Part shown: positions 58,143 to 64,000 of the stretch, piece after piece
Numbering within the stretch: position 1 is the stretch's first letter
How the letters are laid out: each line of letters starts with the position of its first letter
NCBI GenBank assembly: GCA_964421755.1
Contig: CAYQYP010000204.1
Location: 9,746-73,745, forward strand
DNA length: 64,000 bases
Reading direction: 5' to 3'
Source of the DNA: an uncultured Acidobacteriota bacterium
Lineage (GTDB): Bacteria > Acidobacteriota > UBA6911 > RPQK01
The notes under the pieces: model-generated
The model's database searches: none
What the model saw: only the letters and a program-made list of their open reading frames with translations
What the model was told of the DNA's origin: nothing
Translations under genes and position numbers: made by a program

Positions 58143-59400
58143 TCGGCGCGGTTAGCGTGTTTAGCGGCGCGTCCATCGGAGTCGCCGACGTGGAGTACTC
58201 ATGCGCCCCAACATCGTTGCTCGTTCCTTGTGGGCGAGACGTCTTGAAATGATCGTAAATGACTTCAGGGATACTGCTCACCGCGTTGATGGCGGAGCTG
58301 CCGGACGACAAGCGAAGATCGAATTTTTGAGGATCGACGAATTTAGGGTCGACGGTAATATTGCCGCTGAAGACTCCAGTCGCCGAATTCTGAATGTTGC
58401 GCGTGTTTCCGTATGCGATATTGTTTTTGATTTCCGCCGAACCCGTTTTTACCCAGATGCCGTAAGCACACTTATACGCGGTGTTATGGTAGACCTTCTG
58501 CTCGCCGTAAGTAGTGATGCCCCACTTGTCAGACCAGATGAAGTTATTGTAGGCAATGTTGCCGCCGCCGCCCGAGAGGACGATGCCACCTCCGGAGCCA
58601 CCGAGCCTGGCGTTGCTGTAGAACCTGTTATTCCTGACCGTGTTGCCCGTTGCGAACTGTCCAGTCTTCGAGTTATACACCTGGATCCCGTACGCGGCGT
58701 TGCTGTAGAACCTGTTGCCTTCGATCAGATTGTAGCTGGTCTCGACGTACAACCCATGATCAAGGTCCTTCCTTTGCCCATTGCCATAGATCATGCAGTC
58801 AACGACTTCGTTGTAATCCGCCGATCCGGTGGTCGTTCCACTCCAAGTCAGGTGGATGCCCTGGTGACCCGCCGTCCTGATGACGAGCCGCTGAAGGCGG
58901 ATGCGACTGGCGCCTCCCCCGATCCGAACGTTCGCGTCGGTTGCACCCTCGCACGTCAAATCCTTGATAATGACGTACTTGATTCTGTTGACTTTCAAAT
59001 TCCAGACGTTGGGCGCGTTGACCGGTTTCATAATAACGGTTTCGCCCGCGTAGCCGCTGATCGTGACAGGACTAGACCAGCTTGTGCCGGCAGGGAATGA
59101 GATCTGATCGCTACTGACGTACTCGGCGTATGTGCCCCCTCTGATGAATAAGGTATCTCCGGCTCTAAGAACGCTGACACCCTTCTTGATTGTTTTGAAC
59201 GGCAGCGACGATGTCCCTGGGTTCGCGTCGTTTCCGTTCGATTTGGCGGTGTAGTAAGTCGTCCCCAGAAGTGCTGTGGAAGACAGACATACAAACACGG
59301 CCGCGGAGCTCAGGCAGTTAAAAATCCATTTCAATTCAAACACCTCCAGACGCGGCGTATTCTCCTGTGCCTCATCGATTGCACCTGTGACACTCATCAC
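58105..59400 (-). CDS. Secreted right-handed parallel beta-helix (pectate-lyase fold, PbH1 repeats) protein, a candidate EPS lyase, hydrolase or C5-epimerase. It is the only minus-strand gene inside the cluster.
   Basis: Signal/transmembrane WIFNCLSSAAVFVCLSSTALLG. Repeated beta-helix turns ...IEGNRFYSNAAYGIQVYN...VRNNRFYSNARLGG...IAYNNFIWSDKWGIT... Confidence 0.7.
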   Translation of the reverse strand: MMSVTGAIDEAQENTPRLEVFELKWIFNCLSSAAVFVCLSSTALLGTTYYTAKSNGNDANPGTSSLPFKTIKKGVSVLRAGDTLFIRGGTYAEYVSSDQISFPAGTSWSSPVTISGYAGETVIMKPVNAPNVWNLKVNRIKYVIIKDLTCEGATDANVRIGGGASRIRLQRLVIRTAGHQGIHLTWSGTTTGSADYNEVVDCMIYGNGQRKDLDHGLYVETSYNLIEGNRFYSNAAYGIQVYNSKTGQFATGNTVRNNRFYSNARLGGSGGGIVLSGGGGNIAYNNFIWSDKWGITTYGEQKVYHNTAYKCAYGIWVKTGSAEIKNNIAYGNTRNIQNSATGVFSGNITVDPKFVDPQKFDLRLSSGSSAINAVSSIPEVIYDHFKTSRPQGTSNDVGAHEYSTSATPMDAPLNTLTAPTNLRIVSVVPGD

Positions 59401-59445
59401 CCTAACTGGAGAAAACGCTGATTGCGGGCCAGTAAGGAGACCTCA

Positions 59446-61545
59446 ATGCGTGTTCTTGCCGTCACGAATCTATACCCCTCTGCTCGCAATCCAGTTTCGG
59501 GAACATTCGTTTTTGAACAAGTCCGCGGTCTTTGTCAAGCAGCAGTTGAAATCACGACGCTTGAGGTGGACCGACTCGGCGAAGGGATATCGGCCTATTT
59601 AGGGGTGGGGCGCAAAGTCAAGGACGCCGTGCGGGATCACCGCCCGGATCTGGTTCACGTCATGTACGGGGGGGTCCTTGCGGACCTGGTCACCCGGGCG
59701 GTCCGTGATCGCCCCGTGGTGGTCACTTTTCGCGGGTCGGACCTCTACGGCGAACCTTTTTCGCCTATCAGGGAGAGAATCATGGCCGCCTACGGAGTCA
59801 TTGCTTCACGTCAGGCCGCCCGGCGCGCAACTGGGGTCATAACCGTTTCACGAAGGCTCTCAGAAAAACTGCCGAAGGATGTTCCGAGGAGCAAGGTACG
59901 GGTCATCCCTTCCGGAGTGGACCTGAAGGTATTCCAACCTATGCCGAAGTCCGAGTGTCAGACCACGCTCGGCTGGAACTCTCGGCACTTCAACGTCCTC
60001 TTCCCCGCCAACGGCGAAAGACCCGTCAAGCGTTCGCATCTGACGGCTGCCGCAGTCGAACTGACGAGGGAAACAGGGATACCGGCGGAACTGCATCGCC
60101 TGACCGGAGTTTCCTTTTCCGAAGTTCCCGTCTGGATGAATGCGTCGGACGTGTTGATCCTCACCTCGTGGCATGAAGGATCGCCCAATGTTGTAAAAGA
60201 AGCGCTCGCCTGCAATCTCCCGATCGTATCGGTGGATGTCGGGGATGTCGAAGAGCGGATACACGGCGTTTCCGGTTGCTACATTGCTGAACCGGTCGCG
60301 AAGGATCTGGCGGCTAAACTATCCCTGGTCTTTAGGGGACAGAGAGTTATCGCAGGGCGCGAGAAAGTCGGAGCTTTGTCCCTTGAAACGACCGCCGAAG
60401 AGTTGAAAAGCTTCTACGCGCAACTTCTCGACTCCTTCAGCCGGTCAACGACGCCCGCCAGACGAATCGAAGTTCAGAGCTTCCGCGCCACGGATGAACG
60501 TGAGTCAAATTGCGCAAACGGGAACGGCCTCTTACTCTCGGTTCTGGTCCCGTGCTATCGGGAAGCACAGACGATCGAGAGGTGCATCCGCTCGATTCTG
60601 GCGCAAGAAATCCCCAACGGGTCCTTGGAAATCATCGTTGCAGATGGAATGTCGGACGATGGAACCCGGGGGGTGCTCCAGCGATTAGCCGCTGAGGATC
60701 CCCGGGTTCGAGTCGTCGACAATCCTCAAGGCATCGTGTCAACCGGCCTGAACCTGGCGCTGGCAGTTGCGCGAGGCAGGTTCATTGCCCGGATGGACGC
60801 ACACACGCGCTATGCGCCGGATTACCTTGCCCAGTGCCTCGCCACCATGGAGAAGACTGGGGCCGACAACGTAGGGGGACCGGTCCGCGCGGAAGCGGAG
60901 GGGTACCTGGCCAGGGCAATCGCCGCATCTTTTCATTCTCCTGTGGCTGTGGGCGGCTCAAAGTCCCACGACCTGAACTACGAGGGACCACTCGACAGCG
61001 TCTGGTACGGCTGCTGGCGGCGCGAGGTTTTTGAGAGGGTCGGTCTCTTCGACGAAAGACTCGTCCGCAATCAGGACGACGAGTTCAACCTCCGGCTGAG
61101 AGACGCGGGGGGAGTCGTGTGGCAATCACCGCGCATCAAGGCCTGGTACAGCTCGCGGGCGTCTCTGGGCGCCCTCTTCCGCCAGTACAGTCAATATGGC
61201 TACTGGAAAGTCAAGGTAATCCAAAAGCACAGGAAAGTGGCGTCATGGAGGCACCTGATACCTGGCGCCTTCGTCCTCTCGCTCATTTCGCTGCTTCCGC
61301 TCGCGCCGTTTTTCCCCCGAGTTCTCGAGTTCCTGATTTTCGAGCTCGTCCTTTACTTCTTCGCGTGCCTTCTCGGCGGTTTCATCGCTGCGCGGCAGAA
61401 AGGGATAACTCTCCTCCCGATCCTGCCCGGGGTGATCTGCACTTGCCACGTTGCCTACGGCCTCGGCTTCCTTTTTGGCGTGTGGGACTTCCTGCTTGCA
61501 GGCGCCAGCCAGCCAACCCGAAGTTTCACGGCCGTGTCCAGGTAG
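59446..61545 (+). CDS. Dual-domain glycosyltransferase: N-terminal GT4 (GT-B) fused to C-terminal GT2 (GT-A) plus C-terminal transmembrane helices.
   Basis: AAGGAG Shine-Dalgarno 6 nt before the ATG at 59446. MRVLAVTNLYPS...GT4 with ILTSWHEGSPNVVKEALACNLPIVS. Then LLSVLVPCYREAQTIERCIRSILAQEIPNGSLEIIVADGMSDDGT (GT2). Three to four C-terminal transmembrane helices. Confidence 0.8.
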   Translation: MRVLAVTNLYPSARNPVSGTFVFEQVRGLCQAAVEITTLEVDRLGEGISAYLGVGRKVKDAVRDHRPDLVHVMYGGVLADLVTRAVRDRPVVVTFRGSDLYGEPFSPIRERIMAAYGVIASRQAARRATGVITVSRRLSEKLPKDVPRSKVRVIPSGVDLKVFQPMPKSECQTTLGWNSRHFNVLFPANGERPVKRSHLTAAAVELTRETGIPAELHRLTGVSFSEVPVWMNASDVLILTSWHEGSPNVVKEALACNLPIVSVDVGDVEERIHGVSGCYIAEPVAKDLAAKLSLVFRGQRVIAGREKVGALSLETTAEELKSFYAQLLDSFSRSTTPARRIEVQSFRATDERESNCANGNGLLLSVLVPCYREAQTIERCIRSILAQEIPNGSLEIIVADGMSDDGTRGVLQRLAAEDPRVRVVDNPQGIVSTGLNLALAVARGRFIARMDAHTRYAPDYLAQCLATMEKTGADNVGGPVRAEAEGYLARAIAASFHSPVAVGGSKSHDLNYEGPLDSVWYGCWRREVFERVGLFDERLVRNQDDEFNLRLRDAGGVVWQSPRIKAWYSSRASLGALFRQYSQYGYWKVKVIQKHRKVASWRHLIPGAFVLSLISLLPLAPFFPRVLEFLIFELVLYFFACLLGGFIAARQKGITLLPILPGVICTCHVAYGLGFLFGVWDFLLAGASQPTRSFTAVSR

Positions 61546-61560
61546 CCGTAAGGATAACTG

Positions 61561-62703
61561 ATGAGCACGAACAAACCCTCGCTTCTTTACGTCGTGGGAC
61601 AGTTGGCCGGTGGCGGAATGGAACGGCAACTATACTATCTGTTGTCTCGCCTTGCTGCTAACCGCTACCGAACAGCTGTGTTGGTCTGGAGCACGTTTCC
61701 CAGGGATGCCTACCTTCAGAGAATCCGAAGGCTGGGAGTACCGGTCGAAATCCTGCCACCCGGATTACGACGAGCGGAGAAGTTAAGGGCGTCGCGTACC
61801 CTGGTCGACGTGCTCCAGCCTGATGTCGTCCATTCCTTTTCTTTCTACACCAACTTTGCTGCGTGGTGGGCTTCTTTGAACACTCGAACCCTGCCGATCG
61901 GCTCAATCCGAAGCGAGCAGGCTTACGCGCGAAGACGGGCAGGCCGGTTTCTGGGGATTGTGAACTCTTACCTCCCTCGTTTTCAAATTACAAACAGCCG
62001 TGCTGGCGAAAAACAGACTCGTGGAAGCCGGTCGGTATTCCTTCCCAGGCGCGTCGTCCTGGTGCCGAACGCACTCGACGTCACACAATTCAGTCTGCCG
62101 ACCGCGGACGGTTATCCTTTTCATATAGTCGGAATAGGCTCCCTCTATCGGGTGAAAAGGTGGGACAGGCTCCTCCGGTTAGCTTCCGAGCTGAAAGGGA
62201 GGGGGTATTCCTTCTTCGTCACAGTGGCCGGTGAAGGGCCGCTCAGAGATCAGCTCGTTGCCCAAGCCAGGAGTCTTGGTGTCGGGCACTTGGTCCAATT
62301 TCCCGGATATGTGGAAGACATCGCTGGCCTGCTGGCTCGCGCGACCCTCGTGGTCCACACCTCCGAGAGCGAAGGCTGTCCGAACGCTCTAATGGAGGCT
62401 ATGGCGGCCGGCCGGGCAGTGGTGGCGACTGACGTTGGTGACGTGCGCAACCTGATTGAAGACGGAGAAAGCGGCTTTGTGGTCGAAAACACTGAGGTGA
62501 GCGGGCTGGTGGACCGAGTCTCAAAGCTGCTGAGCGATTCCCGCTTGCGCACATCAATGGGACACAGGGCCAGGCAGAAAGCAGAAGCCTGTTTCGGCGT
62601 CGACCGTCTCGCTGATGACATGCTGGCCGCCTACCGGCTGGCTGGTCTGGGAAACCGGAATTCAAAACCAGAAGTGGACAATTTGTGCGTGGTCGAGAAG
62701 TGA
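61561..62703 (+). CDS. Family 4 glycosyltransferase.
   Basis: C-terminal LVVHTSESEGCPNALMEAMAAGRAVVATDVGD. Confidence 0.8.
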   Translation: MSTNKPSLLYVVGQLAGGGMERQLYYLLSRLAANRYRTAVLVWSTFPRDAYLQRIRRLGVPVEILPPGLRRAEKLRASRTLVDVLQPDVVHSFSFYTNFAAWWASLNTRTLPIGSIRSEQAYARRRAGRFLGIVNSYLPRFQITNSRAGEKQTRGSRSVFLPRRVVLVPNALDVTQFSLPTADGYPFHIVGIGSLYRVKRWDRLLRLASELKGRGYSFFVTVAGEGPLRDQLVAQARSLGVGHLVQFPGYVEDIAGLLARATLVVHTSESEGCPNALMEAMAAGRAVVATDVGDVRNLIEDGESGFVVENTEVSGLVDRVSKLLSDSRLRTSMGHRARQKAEACFGVDRLADDMLAAYRLAGLGNRNSKPEVDNLCVVEK

Positions 62704-64000
62704 GACCCGGGTTGCTGGTGTGGCTGCTCGGTGTTTCCGCCTGGCTATCGTGGGCGCCTTTCGAATGGAACGAGGCGAAGCTCCGATTTCAGCTGCTCCC
62801 GGCACTGAATCAAGAGCTCATCGCCCACTTCTTCTTGCTGGTTCCATTTGCGGTCGGCTTGTCTGCAATGAGGGCGGTTCGCGTCCAGCCGCTGTCTCGT
62901 CCTCTGCTTCAATCGAGCGAAAGACGGGATCGCACCCTGGGTCAAGACGCAGCAGTACTAGCCCTCATGGCCACCTTTCTCGAAGTCGGTCAACTCTTTG
63001 TCCACAGTCGCTCGGTGTCGCCGGTTGACTGGCTTGCCACTTTGGGGGGAGCCGTCGTTGCGGCAGCGGTCACCCGAAAGATTTTGAAAGAAGCGCCTCG
63101 AGACCTCCCCGCACTGCTCGTTGTGGTTCTCATGACGGGACTGGCTTGTACAAGTTTTTTCTGGGCGATTCTTCCGAGCCGGGGGCTTCAGCTGGAATCC
63201 TGGAACCCCGATTTTTCGGTGGTGACAGGCGACGAACTCGGCGGGGGACGTCGTTACCTGGGAACCGTGTCAAGTCCCGCCATTCGAGTGGGACACGAAT
63301 CGAACAACGTGGTTCTGGTGCCTGGCGCATCCCGGGAAGACCGCTATCGCGCGGTTGGCCTCGCGGAGCGAACTCAGTCTGTCACCCTGCAGGCTCACTT
63401 GCTGTCCTTCTCGGATACACAGCGGGGACCAGCCCGGATCGTCACTTTCTCGCAGGGGCATTTTGTCAGAAACGCAACGCTGGCCCAGGAAAAAAGAGAC
63501 CTCGTACTTCGACTGCGCACCAGCAGAGGGGGCAAGAATGGAGCCAGCTTTGAATTCATTCTGCGCGAAGCCGTTCAGGCCGGAAAGCCTACTTGGGTCT
63601 CCGCCGAATTCCGCCGAGGCGTGGTGACTATGCGTTCCGAGAGCGCGGCCGGTATCGTGTCGGGGACCTTTCGCCCGGATTTCCTGCGCGTTTCTCTCAA
63701 GATCCGCGGAGAGAACTTTCCGAAGCTGCACCCGGCCTTTTCGGGGAGAGGGACTCTGGTTCAGATCTTGCTGGCTCTGGCCGGTGTCGGGTACCTGCTC
63801 GGCTGCAAATGGCCTCGCCGCGCAGTCCCGGCGCTGCTCGGCGCCCTCGCTCTGACAGTCGGGCTGACCGGTCTCGTGGACGTCATTCTGTTGCGGATCC
63901 CGCTTCCCGGTGCGTCTGATCTTGCCCTCCTGTCGACTGCAACGGTGGTGGGGGTGGCGCTCACACGAATCGATCGTGCATGGGCAGTAAGAGTCCCGCA
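62699..64000 (+). CDS. VanZ-like membrane domain protein with an extended C-terminal region. The gene is partial and runs off the window end.
   Basis: GTG start overlapping the upstream stop. Hand-translated frame VRPGLLVWLLGVSAWLSWAPF...LIAHFFLLVPFAVGL...LEVGQLFVHSRSVSPVDWLATLGGAVVAAAV has a VanZ-like helix pattern. No in-frame stop was seen to 64000. Absent from the ORF track, presumably because it is incomplete. Confidence 0.45.

Noticed and set aside
58201-59100. 299-aa plus-strand ORF inside the beta-helix gene.
   Set aside because: The minus-strand frame shows the regular PbH1 repeat periodicity and a signal peptide. The plus frame is Arg/Asp-rich with no repeats.
1-64000. CRISPR arrays, insertion sequences, integrases, prophage genes and toxin-antitoxin pairs were looked for.
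   Set aside because: No spacer-repeat periodicity, terminal inverted repeats, transposase or integrase-like translations, or tight small-gene pairs were seen. The only repeats are short promoter-region arrays and the GGGGCAAA inverted repeat.

Overview
This 64 kb window is high-GC bacterial chromosome and is probably from an Acidobacteria-like organism. The hallmarks are a PadR regulator paired with an ADOP-type duplicated FtsX permease, a TonB-receptor-like protein with a carboxypeptidase-regulatory N-terminus, and many TAT-signal carbohydrate enzymes. The first ~26 kb is a mixed accessory region. It holds AraC regulators, a YfiR-like protein paired with a chemoreceptor (MCP), a uronate/sugar catabolism set (amidohydrolase, KduD-like SDR, Gfo/Idh/MocA, DegT, KdgK-like kinase) and a tRNA-Leu(UAG). 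It also holds a three-gene ECF sigma / anti-sigma / secreted caspase with beta-barrel operon, a secreted MsrA-MsrB fusion, a radical-SAM/Cys-rich protein, and a CE15 glucuronoyl-esterase fused to an SGNH hydrolase. From 26471 to the end of the window there is a ~37 kb, almost entirely plus-strand, translationally coupled polysaccharide (EPS/O-antigen-like) biosynthesis cluster. It contains PglE/PglC/PglF-like initiation genes, a Wzc-like co-polymerase/tyrosine kinase, a Wzm/Wzt ABC exporter, and a CDP-glucose-based deoxysugar sub-operon with a sugar C-methyltransferase. It also contains at least ten glycosyltransferases, including a GT4-GT2 fusion, plus a carbamoyltransferase, an SGNH esterase/acetyltransferase, a DUF2334 deacetylase-like protein, a Wzy_C/O-antigen-ligase-like membrane protein and an oppositely oriented beta-helix (lyase/epimerase-fold) gene. 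No Wzx flippase, IS element or CRISPR array is visible. I could not run homology searches, so all functional calls rest on motif recognition in the supplied translations, and coordinates of inferred starts are approximate (±3 nt).
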